NCBI GenBank assembly: GCA_963772725.1
Contig: CAVYYI010000005.1
Coordinates: 239,229-303,228, forward strand
DNA: 64,000 nucleotides
DNA from: an uncultured Phycisphaerales bacterium
GTDB taxonomy: Bacteria > Planctomycetota > Phycisphaerae > Sedimentisphaerales > Anaerobacaceae
Direction: 5' to 3'
The notes beneath the pieces were generated by a model that was not told where the DNA came from, made no database searches, and saw nothing but the letters and a program-made list of their open reading frames with translations. How positions within the stretch are numbered: the stretch's first letter is position 1; each line of letters starts with the position of its first letter. Position numbers and translations under genes: made by a program. Shown in pieces: positions 9,013 through 22,111 of this stretch.

Positions 9013-9990
9013 ATGCGTTATATTCCAATAATTGTGTCGGCTTGTTTCCTTTCGGCAATAGGTTTTTGCCAGTCGTCTCTAAATACCTCCGATTGCAATG
9101 CGGCAGATGCACAGAAGTCCAAAGCACGCTGGCATGAGGCACTTGAACTGCAGGGTACAGGCAAATACAAGGAAGCCTGCGAAAAATGGAGCAGGATTAT
9201 TGAGCTTGAGCCAAATTCATACAAGGCATATTATGAGAGGTGCTCTTGTTTCGCATCTTGGGCTTCGCGAATAAAAGACGATGAGCTTTTAACCAAAGCA
9301 CACGATGATTATGAAAAGCTAAAGGCTTTATCGCTGGCATATAAGGATAATCCCGCGATACGAAAATGGCAGGCCGATGCAGGAATCAACCTTACCAGCA
9401 GCTATTCCCAAGCCGGAAAAACGGAAGATGTATGCAGCATATATAACCAGTTAACGCTGCTTGCCGGTAACCATCCGGACGAAGCAACACTTCGTGAATC
9501 ACAGGCGGCGGCGGGTACTAATCTTATTCTTGCTTATGCGAAGGTGAATAGACCAGATGATGCATGCCTTATCTATGGCAAGCTAAAGTCTCTTGCTGAA
9601 AAGTACTCTGACGAACCGGCGCTTCGAGTAAAACAGACTCACGGAGGCATCCTCCTTGTTGGGATGTATGGGGACGCCCAAAAGATGGATGATGCACGCC
9701 GAATTTATAATGAAATTAAAGCACTTGCTGATATACACAAAGACGAACAGCGGTTGCGGGAGCAGCAGAGTTGGGCGGTTTACAACCTTACTGAGGCATA
9801 TAGAAAGGCCGGAAAGATAGCTGAGGCTAAAGCACAACTTAGCGAGCTGGAACAATTGGTCAAGGCGTTGCCGAAATGTACATCACAGTGGATGCTTACT
9901 GATAATATTAAAAACCTGCGGCAGAGGTTGGGTATGAAGGATGAAGAAAAGAAAGAAACTGGCCAACAGGTAAACCAATCGCACAATTGA
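9013..9990 (+). CDS. Secreted TPR/helical-repeat protein
   Basis: Signal peptide, a TPR-like N-terminus, then about four repeats of ~46 aa (xxYxxLxxLAxxxxDExxLRxxQAxAxxNL). Confidence 0.75.
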   Translation: MRYIPIIVSACFLSAIGFCQSSLNTSDCNAADAQKSKARWHEALELQGTGKYKEACEKWSRIIELEPNSYKAYYERCSCFASWASRIKDDELLTKAHDDYEKLKALSLAYKDNPAIRKWQADAGINLTSSYSQAGKTEDVCSIYNQLTLLAGNHPDEATLRESQAAAGTNLILAYAKVNRPDDACLIYGKLKSLAEKYSDEPALRVKQTHGGILLVGMYGDAQKMDDARRIYNEIKALADIHKDEQRLREQQSWAVYNLTEAYRKAGKIAEAKAQLSELEQLVKALPKCTSQWMLTDNIKNLRQRLGMKDEEKKETGQQVNQSHN

Positions 9991-10098
9991 AAATGAACAA
10001 GATAGCTTAGCTGTACGAAGTTTGATTATACCTCTGCCCGCAAAGCGAGTCAGTCGAAAAAAATGTTATAACTTGCACTCAGATTTTTGGTGGGTTGG

Positions 10099-10119
10099 GA
10101 CTGCTTCGCTCGCAGTGAC
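10099..10119. repeat. REP-like short palindrome (degenerate)
   Basis: GACTGCTTCGCTCGCAGTGAC; related in reverse to GTCATTGCGAG... at 63940. Confidence 0.5.
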
Positions 10120-10164
10120 AAAGGGGATTCTGGGCGAAAAGTAACATAAAATTGATATAAATTT

Positions 10165-13100
10165 GTGGTTGACATAGGCCAAGACAAGATTGTTCGCGAG
10201 ATAGTATCCCGGCTGAAGGCCTCTTCGGTGGGCGAAGGGGTGATAAAAATCGCGGGAACGTGGGGGTCATATGCGCCGATGCTGGCGGCGTACCTGTCGA
10301 AAGAGGTTAACAGACCGATTTTATATGTTTGTCCGCATATCGATGACGCCGATAAGGTCAGCGACGATTTGCGAACTTTCGGGGCAGGCGATATTGAGGT
10401 TCTGCCGGCCTGGGAGGGCGATGAGGATTTGGCCGACGCCACCGATGAGATTCGCTCGGAGAGGCTGCGGGTAACGATGAAGGCTTTGGGGGCAAGGGCG
10501 AATTTTATTATCGCTGCATCGGCGCAGGCGCTTTGTCAGCCTATACCAAAACCGCAGGCTGTGGAGAAAAGCGGTCTTAGCCTGCGGGTCAATCAGGGCA
10601 TATCGCCGGACGAGATTGCGGGGTGGCTGGTGGATAACGGTTTCGAGCATGTCGAGGGGATTGACGTGCCGGGACAATTCGCCAGACGCGGCGGAATAGT
10701 GGATATTTACGCGCCGCTGGTTGGTGATGTATCTGTTGCGAAAAAAGATGATGGGAATATTTTTTCACAGGGTGCCGCAGCGATAAGGGTGGAATTTTTC
10801 GGCGACACGATAGAGAGCATAAGGGAAATTGACCTTGATACGCAGCGATCGAATCAGCATATCGAAAACATCAGTATTATATCGGCGGTATGCGGCACTA
10901 AAACCCAGGAGCGGGAACTTTTTGTAAATATCCTGCCGCAGGAGACAGTGGTTATTTTTGAAGAGCCGGGTGACATCGAGGAGGTCGCGAACGTATATCT
11001 GGAACGTGCGGAAGAACCGGAGAGGCTTTACCGGTGGAGTGATATTTATTCGGCGGCTAAAAGATTTACGCAGGCGCATATCTGCAAATTCGCAGCGTCA
11101 CCGGAAGAGTTTTTGAAAGTCGATGTTGGGAGTATTGCACAGTTTCAGCAGAGCGGGGTGTCGATGTGGGCGGGACATAAGGAGGCTCTTGAGCAGCTTA
11201 CGGCTAAGGCCAAAGAGGGCAAAACTGTTTATCTTTACTGTGAAAGAACGGCGGAAATCGAGCGCGTCAGGGAAATCATCGGGCAGTTAGCGGGGAAAAT
11301 ACCGGACAATTTCAAGCTGTTAACAGGATTTATTAATCAGGGATTCGCAGTAAATTCGCTCGAACGCGATTGTGATAAGTCATCATGAGCTTTTCGGTCA
11401 GTATGCTGTGAGGCGCAGGCAGCGCCCGATACGGCCGAGCATTACGGTCGATACGCTGGCGGATTTACAGGCGGGCGATTATGTTGTGCATGTTAATTAC
11501 GGAATCGGCAAATTCCTCGGCGTTAAAACGATTACACAAAAAGACAGACCTACCGAATATCTTACGATTGAATACGCGGACAAGGAAAAGATTCATGTTT
11601 CGGTTGAAAATATTCATCTTGTACAGAAGTATATCGGAACGAGTCCGAAACGGCCTAAATTAAGTAAAATAGGCTCTAAGAGATGGGCCAAACAGAAAGA
11701 GCAGGTCGCGCAATCCGTCCAGGAGTTGGCGGCAGAACTGCTGGATATTCAGGCCAAAAGGCAGATGCTGGGCGGCTTTGCCTTCGGGCAGGACTCTAAC
11801 TGGCAGAGGGAATTTGAGGCGTCGTTTCCCTATCAGGAGACAGCCGACCAGATTACCGCCATAGAGCAAATTAAAGACGATATGCAAAAGCCCGCGGCGA
11901 TGGACAGGCTTTTGTGCGGCGACGTGGGGTACGGCAAGACGGAGCTGGCGATGCGGGCAGCGTTCAAGGCTGTGGAAAACGGCAAACAGGTCGCCGTGCT
12001 TGTGCCGACGACGGTTTTGTGCGTCCAGCACGGCAGAACGTTTACGGAGCGGTTCGCGGATTTCCCGGTTTCGATTGAGGTTTTAAACCGTTTTAGAACG
12101 ACCAAACAGGCGAAGGACATTATCGAGAGAACCAGGGCAGGCAGGGTGGATATTCTCATCGGGACGCACCGGCTTTTAAGCGGTGATATCGGATTTAAAG
12201 ATTTGGGACTTTTAATTATCGACGAGGAGCAGCGGTTCGGGGTTGAGCATAAGGAGAAACTTAAAAGGCTGCGGGTCAATGTCGATGTTTTGACAATGAC
12301 AGCGACGCCTATACCCAGAACTCTGCACATGGCGATGCTGGGGCTGCGCGACATAAGCTCACTGGCGACACCTCCCTTGGACAGGCGAAGCGTGGTAACA
12401 GCGGTAACGACTTACAGCAATGAGCTTATAAGAAAGGCGATAATGCTTGAACTGAACCGCCAAGGCCAGGTTTTCTTTTTGCATAACCGCGTCAGGTCGA
12501 TTGAGAAAAAGGCGTTTGAAATATCCAAATTACTGGGTGGAGACAATGTGAGGATGACCATTGCGCACGGTCAGATGCATAAACACGAGCTTGAAAAGGC
12601 GATGATAAATTTCGTGACTGGAAAAATCGATGTGCTGATTTGCACGACCATTGTTGAATCCGGGCTGGACATACCCAACGCGAACACGATTTTTATTGAT
12701 GACGCCGACAGGTTCGGGCTGGCCGAGCTTCATCAGCTTCGAGGGCGCGTGGGCAGGTATAAGCATCGGGCATATGCGTATATGCTGCTGCCGAAAAGCA
12801 GGACGATAACACCGCTGGCAGCCAGGAGATTAAAGGCGATTGAGGAATATTCACATCTCGGCGCAGGGTTTCGCATTGCACTGCGGGATTTGGAAATTCG
12901 CGGCGCAGGGGAATATCCTTGGCGATGAACAATCAGGACACATTCAACTGGTCGGCTACCAGATGTATTGCGAACTGCTCGCCGAGGCGGTGAGGAAACT
13001 GAAGAATGAGCCGAAAGAGGAGACAGCGCCGCCGGCGGGAGTTGATTTGGGATTTGCGGCGTATATACCGAAAAGCTACATTCCGTTGGACAGATACCGG

Positions 13101-13454
13101 ATGGATGTTTATCGCAAAATCGCGATGGCCCGGTACGATGAGGACGTAAAGCAGATTACCGATGAACTGATGGATGTTTACGGGCCGATGCCTGAAGATG
13201 TTAAAACACTGCTCGAAATAGCGGAAATTCGAATCACCGCTGGCAGGTGTAGAGTAAAAAGTATTGTCGTCTCGGGGCAGGATTTGGTATTTTCTTTTGG
13301 CGAAGGTTCGACTTCGGCGAGCAAATCATTATTCGCAAAGGTGCACGGAACAGTAAGATTCAGCGACGCTAAGACAGTGTATCTAAGACTGTCAAAAAAT
13401 TATTTTGAGCCGAAAACACTGACAGCCCTTCTCAGGAAAATGTTTACGGGTTAA
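10165..13454 (+). CDS. mfd: Transcription-repair coupling factor Mfd (frameshifts near 11365 and 12910)
   Basis: UvrB-homology PGQFARRGGIVDIY, RID GDYVVHVNYGIG, DRLLCGDVGYGKT, DEEQRFG, QLRGRVGR, DLEIRGAG|NILGDEQSGHI and TRCF C-terminus across three ORFs. Confidence 0.95.
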
Positions 13455-14251
13455 AAATTTCCATAGCTGTAAGACGGGGCGGCACGCTGTAAAAGCAGAT
13501 AATTTTTGCCTTTATACTTTGTTACAATGCCGGCGACTTTGAGCCTGGGAGGCGAGAGTTTCGAGGATTGTTCGCTGAACGCCTTTTCGAGTGCCTGACA
13601 GGACAGCAGCGGGAAAGAAATCTTCTGGATGTTCCAGCCAAGGGCATCGAGAACAAACGCGAATTCGCCGTTGGGCTGTTTTTCAATTAAGCCGGTTCTG
13701 TCTGCCAGAATAGAATCCTGCTCAAGCTTGAGGCCTTTTTTGAGTTCCTCGGTGCGGATGACTTTTGTTGGCATAAGTTTTTTTACAATTTCTTCGGGGA
13801 TGCGAAGTTCCTCGTTAGGCTCGTTGATGGGCGGGGCGACGGGCGGAGAGGCCTCACCCTGTGCCGATAGTTGTTTTATCTTGCTCATAGGCAGGAAATA
13901 AAGGGGAAAGATGAAGTTCTTTCCGTCGTATTTTGTGAGTTTGCCCCAGAGGCGGTACATTTTATCGCTTCGCTCGTTGACGTCTGCGGTGATTTTTTCG
14001 AGCATCGAGGAGGGCAGAATCTCAACAGGTGTTCCTGCGGGGATAACTTTTAGGCCGTCTTTTAAATCAGAATCGAATTGAAAGAACCATTTTCCGTTGC
14101 TGTCGGGGGAGACAAGATTGCCATCGGCACCGGCCAGGGGATAGTCTTCTCTGAGGGCGGAAGATTTTTTTGAAGACGTACTCTCCGCGGCCCAAACAAT
14201 GGTACTGATAAGAGCAACCGCTATAAGCGAAATCGAACAAGTTTTAATCAT
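13451..14251 (-). CDS. Secreted hypothetical protein with two similar beta-rich halves
   Basis: Signal peptide; both halves end in G.lTKY.GKN(F/Y). Confidence 0.7.
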   Translation of the reverse strand: MIKTCSISLIAVALISTIVWAAESTSSKKSSALREDYPLAGADGNLVSPDSNGKWFFQFDSDLKDGLKVIPAGTPVEILPSSMLEKITADVNERSDKMYRLWGKLTKYDGKNFIFPLYFLPMSKIKQLSAQGEASPPVAPPINEPNEELRIPEEIVKKLMPTKVIRTEELKKGLKLEQDSILADRTGLIEKQPNGEFAFVLDALGWNIQKISFPLLSCQALEKAFSEQSSKLSPPRLKVAGIVTKYKGKNYLLLQRAAPSYSYGNF

Positions 14252-14256
14252 CGCTG

Positions 14257-14784
14257 TTACTCCGAAAACTTTTCAATGAGATATTTCTCAACTTCCGGCG
14301 GCCCATCCGCCAGTTGGATGCAGCTTCGTGAATTTGGGTCGTCCTTAGCCATCAAATCGACAAGCCGCTTCCAAAATTCCCCTACCAGTATAATAGGTTT
14401 GTCGGCATCTGAAAAGTGTTTGTTTTTTAATTCCCAGACCATGGCCAATTCGAGGAGCGTTCCGGTTCCGCCGGGCAGGACAATATAGGCGTGGCCGAGT
14501 TCTATCAGGCTTTTGAGCCTTTCTTCGAGACAGGACGTTTTAATCTCACGGGTAATATAGGGGTTTACGGTTGAAGAAAAAGCTGAGCAGGTAACGCCGA
14601 TAGTTTTACCGCCTGCCGCAACTGCTGCCTGGGCGGCGGCGAGCATAGTTCCATTGTAACCGCCGTTGGCAATGATAAAACCCGCCCGGGCAAGCGAGGT
14701 TCCTATTTGCGAGGCGAGAATATAAATCTCCTCGCCCCGCTGCGCCCTGCTTGTACCAAAGATTGTTACTATTTTTTCAGTCAT
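14257..14784 (-). CDS. LOG family (Rossmann-fold nucleotide-binding) protein
   Basis: VTIFGTS, NGGYNGTM, LPGGTGTLLEL. Confidence 0.9.
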   Translation of the reverse strand: MTEKIVTIFGTSRAQRGEEIYILASQIGTSLARAGFIIANGGYNGTMLAAAQAAVAAGGKTIGVTCSAFSSTVNPYITREIKTSCLEERLKSLIELGHAYIVLPGGTGTLLELAMVWELKNKHFSDADKPIILVGEFWKRLVDLMAKDDPNSRSCIQLADGPPEVEKYLIEKFSE

Positions 14785-14791
14785 TTTTTCT

Positions 14792-14915
14792 CCGCAGATG
14801 AAATCGGATTAACACAGATTATTTCAGCATCTCGTATCTCGTGAAAAGTATCTCGTTTCACGCTTCACAAGATACGCTTCGCTATTTTGGTGTTTATTCG
14901 TGTCCATTCGTGGTT
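14792..14915. repeat. Nested short-period repeat element
   Basis: Imperfect inverted arms CCGCAGATGAAATCGGATTAACAC and GTGTTTATTCGTGTCCATTCGTGG enclose a 7-bp-period array ATCTCGT ATCTCGT GAAAAGT ATCTCGT TTCACGC TTCACAA GATACGC. Confidence 0.7.
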
Positions 14916-14923
14916 AATTAGTT

Positions 14924-16891
14924 TTAATTACGACTTTTGGTGTAATTCAACAGGCCGGCACAGAGGAGGATTTCTCTGTCTCTCTGGGAAATATTCAGTT
15001 TGCCTGTAAACTCGAATGAGCCAGTCTGGTCTTTAATCTGAACCTTATCGCTGTTCTTTATGGCGTCGGTCAGGTTCTCTATCTGCAGCGAGTCGCCCTG
15101 CTTGATTTTGTCGTACACGGTTGGGTCAGCCAATTCTACCGGGACAATGCAGAAGTTGATGAGATTGGCTTTGTGGATACGTTCGATGGTTTTGGCGATA
15201 ACCACCCGCACGCCGAGATACATCGGACATAGGGCGGCGTGTTCGCGAGATGAACCTTGGCCGTAACTTTCGCCTGCGACGATAATGCCGGCCTGACCTC
15301 TTTTCTTTAATTCGAGGGCGCGGTCGGCGAATGTGGGTTTGCCTTCTTCGTTAAAGCAATTGAAAACCACTTTGGCGTACAGGGGAACATTGGAGCGCAG
15401 CTTGAGGAAAGTTCCCGCGGGCATAATGTGGTCGGTGGTAATCTTGTCGCCGCACTTGAGCAGGATCTGGCCTGTTATATCTTTGGGCAGGGATTTGGGC
15501 GATTCGGGTACGACTATTGTCGGGCCGCGAAGTATCTCGACTTTAGCGGCTTCATCTGAGCTGAGAGGCTTTTCAATCATGCTGTCGTCGATGATGAATT
15601 CCGCGGGCATCTTTATTTTGGGATATTTTATCGCGAACAGGTTATCCAGTTCGCGGGGGTCTGTAATTTTTCCGGTAAGAGCCGAAGCGACAGCGGTTTC
15701 GGGGCTGACGAGATATGCCTGGTCACCTTTTGTTCCGGTTCTGCCGGCGAAATTCCTGTTGAAGGTTCTCAGACTGACGATGCCGTCGGCGGGTGAAAAG
15801 CCCTGGCCGATACATGGGCCGCAGCCTGATTCAAGGATTCTGGCGCCGGCGGAAATCATATCGGAAAGTGCGCCGTTTTGCGCGAGCATATTAAGGACTT
15901 CCCTGCTGCCGGGAGCAACGGCAAATTCAACCATATTGTTAATTGTTCTGCTTTTTAATACTTTGGCGACCATCATCAAATCAGTAAAGCTCGAATTGGT
16001 GCAGCTTCCCACGGCAATCTGGCCGACAGGCATCCCGCTTATTTGCACTACGGTTTTAATATTATCCGGCGACGAGGGACACGCCGCCAGCGGCTCAAGC
16101 TCGGAGAGGTTTATCTCTATTGTCCGCTCGTACACAGCATCAGCATCGGCAGATAAAGGTGTAAAATCCTTTTCTCTTTTCTGTGCGGCGAGAAATTTTC
16201 TTGTCTGTTCATCGCTTGGAAATACGCTGGTTGTAACGCCCAGTTCAGCGCCCATATTTGTTATAGTGGCCCGCTGAGGCACAGTCAGGTTTGCGACACC
16301 TTTGCCGAAATATTCAACAACCCAGCCGACATTGCCTTTTGTGGTAAGGATGCTTAGCAGTTTTAATATCACGTCTTTGGCGGCGACCCAGTCTTTCAGT
16401 TTTCCGGTAAGTTTAATACCAAGCACTTTTGGGCAGGATAGATAAAAAGGCCCACCGCCCATCGCGACAGCGACATCCATACCGCCTGCGCCGATGGCCA
16501 GCATTCCAATACCACCACCGGTCGGAGTGTGCGAATCGCTGCCCAGCAGTGTCGCACCAGGTTTGCCGAAGCGTTCGAGATGCACCTGGTGACAAATGCC
16601 ATTACCAGCGCGTGAGTGATATACGCCTGATTTGGCCGCGACGGTCTGGAGATAGAGGTGGTCGTTGTGATTTTCCGAACCGAACTGGCTCATATTATGG
16701 TCGATGTAGCTGACAGACAAATCGGTTTTGACCCTGCCTGCGCCCATGGATTCAAAAAGTAAAAAGGCCGTTGTGCCGGTAGCGTCCTGCGTGAGGGTCT
16801 GGTCGATGCGAATGCCTATTTGGCCGAGCGGTGTGAGCGTGCCGTCTGCCAGATGGGCGGATAAAATTTTATGCGTCAATGTCTGTCCCAT
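14924..16891 (-). CDS. Aconitate hydratase (short ~650-aa type)
   Basis: TQDATGT, GICHQVH, DSHT, GSCTN, CGPCIG, FNRNF, TTDHI, YGQGSSREHAA. Confidence 0.93.
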   Translation of the reverse strand: MGQTLTHKILSAHLADGTLTPLGQIGIRIDQTLTQDATGTTAFLLFESMGAGRVKTDLSVSYIDHNMSQFGSENHNDHLYLQTVAAKSGVYHSRAGNGICHQVHLERFGKPGATLLGSDSHTPTGGGIGMLAIGAGGMDVAVAMGGGPFYLSCPKVLGIKLTGKLKDWVAAKDVILKLLSILTTKGNVGWVVEYFGKGVANLTVPQRATITNMGAELGVTTSVFPSDEQTRKFLAAQKREKDFTPLSADADAVYERTIEINLSELEPLAACPSSPDNIKTVVQISGMPVGQIAVGSCTNSSFTDLMMVAKVLKSRTINNMVEFAVAPGSREVLNMLAQNGALSDMISAGARILESGCGPCIGQGFSPADGIVSLRTFNRNFAGRTGTKGDQAYLVSPETAVASALTGKITDPRELDNLFAIKYPKIKMPAEFIIDDSMIEKPLSSDEAAKVEILRGPTIVVPESPKSLPKDITGQILLKCGDKITTDHIMPAGTFLKLRSNVPLYAKVVFNCFNEEGKPTFADRALELKKRGQAGIIVAGESYGQGSSREHAALCPMYLGVRVVIAKTIERIHKANLINFCIVPVELADPTVYDKIKQGDSLQIENLTDAIKNSDKVQIKDQTGSFEFTGKLNISQRDREILLCAGLLNYTKSRN

Positions 16892-16985
16892 TTTTCTTCT
16901 CCATATATAAATCGCTATAATCTAACACAAACTCAGCGGAAAAGCAATTGCGCAGGAATGTCGAAAAGTAACAGTTTGTTCAAAT

Positions 16986-17017
16986 AAAAAAGGCCCCGGA
17001 TAATATCCGAGGCCTTT
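16986..17017 (-). terminator. Rho-independent terminator of the prepilin-type gene
   Basis: AAAGGCCCCGGAT-AAT-ATCCGAGGCCTTT stem with an A run on the left, which is a U tract on the minus strand. Confidence 0.75.
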
Positions 17018-17058
17018 GACTTTCAAACAAAAACCCTAAAATGATTTGGGATTGTTTA

Positions 17059-18081
<1,023 letters not shown>

Positions 18082-18558
18082 TTTTGTTTCTCCTTTAACT
18101 TTTTCGAGATTCGCGGACCCGGCCGTTTCGGGTTCCGATTTCCTTTTTTCCAAAACCAGATAAGTCCTTTTTCACCTCATCCTTTTTTCGTCGCGAATCT
18201 CAGTTTTTATATTTCTAACCCGGAAATCGACCGGTTTTAACGCTTTGAAATTGATGTTTTGCCAAAATAACACTGCTTTTACGCTTTTTCGTACATTTTT
18301 ACCGCTGACTTAACAGCTAAAAAACCCATAGAAGCACTTGTTTTTGGCAGGGGGTTTAAGATATGATACAACAACCAAAAATTATGACGATACTAAAATT
18401 ATAAAGGGACTTTTTTAAACCCGTCTACCTTTCTGTAGAAATATTAACACAGAATTAATATCTTGTCAAATAAATTTCGTCAATTTTTATAAATTTCTTG
18501 AATTTTTTTTCCCCCTGCCCTAATATTCGTTCTCTTTATTAGTTAAAGGAGCAATTTG

Positions 18559-19983
18559 ATGTTTGAAGGCAGCGTTGAAAGTATGAAAAGAGAACTCGAA
18601 AAACATAATCAGGGGCATATTCTGGCCTTTTGGGATGAGCTAAGCGCCGACCAGAAAGAGGCCTTGGCGACTCAAATTGGGGAACTGGATTTGAAGAAAA
18701 TTGACGAATGGGTCGTTAATTATGTCAAAAACACTGTTTCGCACCCGCTTCCGCACAATTTTGAGCCTGCTCCATATTATAGTATCACGCCGAAAAACGC
18801 CCAAGAGGCGGAAAAGCACAAAAAGGCTGTTAAATTGGGCACGGAACTGCTGGCCGGCGGCAAGGTCGCGGGTTTTGTTGTAGCCGGCGGACAGGGAACA
18901 AGGCTCGGATTCGATGGGCCAAAGGGGAATTTTCCGGCAAGCCCCATAAAAAAGAAAACTTTATTCGCGATTTTTGGTGAGACTATCGCGGCCGTTTCAA
19001 AGAAATACGGGGCAGCCTGTCCGTGGTATATTATGACAAGTCCTCTTAATGACGCTGAGACGCGGCGAATTTTCCACTCTAATAATTATTACGGGCTGGA
19101 CGAGAAAAACGTCTTTATATTTCAGCAGGGTACACTGCCCAATTTCGGCTTTGACGGCAGGATTTTGATGGCGGATAAGGCCAATATCGCCTGTTCGCCG
19201 GATGGTCATGGCGGCAGCCTGCGGGCGCTTTACAGAAGCGGGGCGGTCGAGGATATGAAAAAACGAGGTGTCGAGTTTATCAGTTATTGGCAGGTCGATA
19301 ACCCCCTTATCAATATCTTTGACCCGCTTTTTATCGGCCTTCACGCCCTCGATAAGGCCCAGATGTCCTCAAAAGGCCTGACCAAAACCAGCCCGAAAGA
19401 AAAGGTGGGCAATTTCTGCTTAGTTGACGGCAAGATAACAATAATCGAATACAGCGACCTGCCCAATGAGATGGCCGAACGCAAAAATCCCGACGGTTCG
19501 CTGGCGTTTGAACTTGGCAGTATAGGAATTCACATCATAAGCAGAAACTTCGTTGAGAAGCTGAACGCAAAGGGTTTTTCTCTGCCGCTGCATAAGGCCA
19601 TTAAAAAAATCCAGCATATCGACCCCCAGGGAAACCTGGTAGAGCCGAAAGAGCCGAACGGTATAAAACTCGAGAGTTTTGTGTTTGACGCCGTACCGAT
19701 GGCGTCAAAGTCGATTATACTTCAGACGCTGCGAAATGAGGAATTCGGCCCCATCAAAAACGCCACCGGCACCGACAGCGCCGAAACATCAAGGCAGATG
19801 CAGATTGAACGCTCGGCACGCTGGCTTGAGGCCGCCGGTGTGAAAGTGCCGCGAAAGGCGGATGGCTCAGCGGATTGCGTAATTGAAATAGCCCCGAGTT
19901 TCGCTGTAGAAAAAGACGAATTGAAACAGAAAGTTAAGCAGATACCTGAAATAAAGCCCGGCGATAGCGTTTACCTCAAATAA
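18559..19983 (+). CDS. UDP-sugar pyrophosphorylase (UDPGP/UAP1 eukaryote-like family)
   Basis: AGGQGTRLGFDGPKG, WYIMTS, PDGHGG, VDNPL, EYSD, KLESFVFD, PIKNA. Confidence 0.92.
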   Translation: MFEGSVESMKRELEKHNQGHILAFWDELSADQKEALATQIGELDLKKIDEWVVNYVKNTVSHPLPHNFEPAPYYSITPKNAQEAEKHKKAVKLGTELLAGGKVAGFVVAGGQGTRLGFDGPKGNFPASPIKKKTLFAIFGETIAAVSKKYGAACPWYIMTSPLNDAETRRIFHSNNYYGLDEKNVFIFQQGTLPNFGFDGRILMADKANIACSPDGHGGSLRALYRSGAVEDMKKRGVEFISYWQVDNPLINIFDPLFIGLHALDKAQMSSKGLTKTSPKEKVGNFCLVDGKITIIEYSDLPNEMAERKNPDGSLAFELGSIGIHIISRNFVEKLNAKGFSLPLHKAIKKIQHIDPQGNLVEPKEPNGIKLESFVFDAVPMASKSIILQTLRNEEFGPIKNATGTDSAETSRQMQIERSARWLEAAGVKVPRKADGSADCVIEIAPSFAVEKDELKQKVKQIPEIKPGDSVYLK

Positions 19984-20023
19984 GCTTAGGAACATTTTTA
20001 ATCTTTGAAAAAGGATTAACCTG

Positions 20024-22053
<2,030 letters not shown>

Positions 22054-22111
22054 ATCATTAACTTTGCTGAAAAAGTGTTTTTTTTGTGCCAGATATTGAG
22101 GCAATAAAAAT

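Noticed and set aside
15333..16277. Long antisense ORFs opposite aconitase (and similar ones opposite fusA, dinG, the GH29 and Gfo/Idh/MocA genes)
   Set aside because: Shadow ORFs from codon bias with no recognisable motifs.
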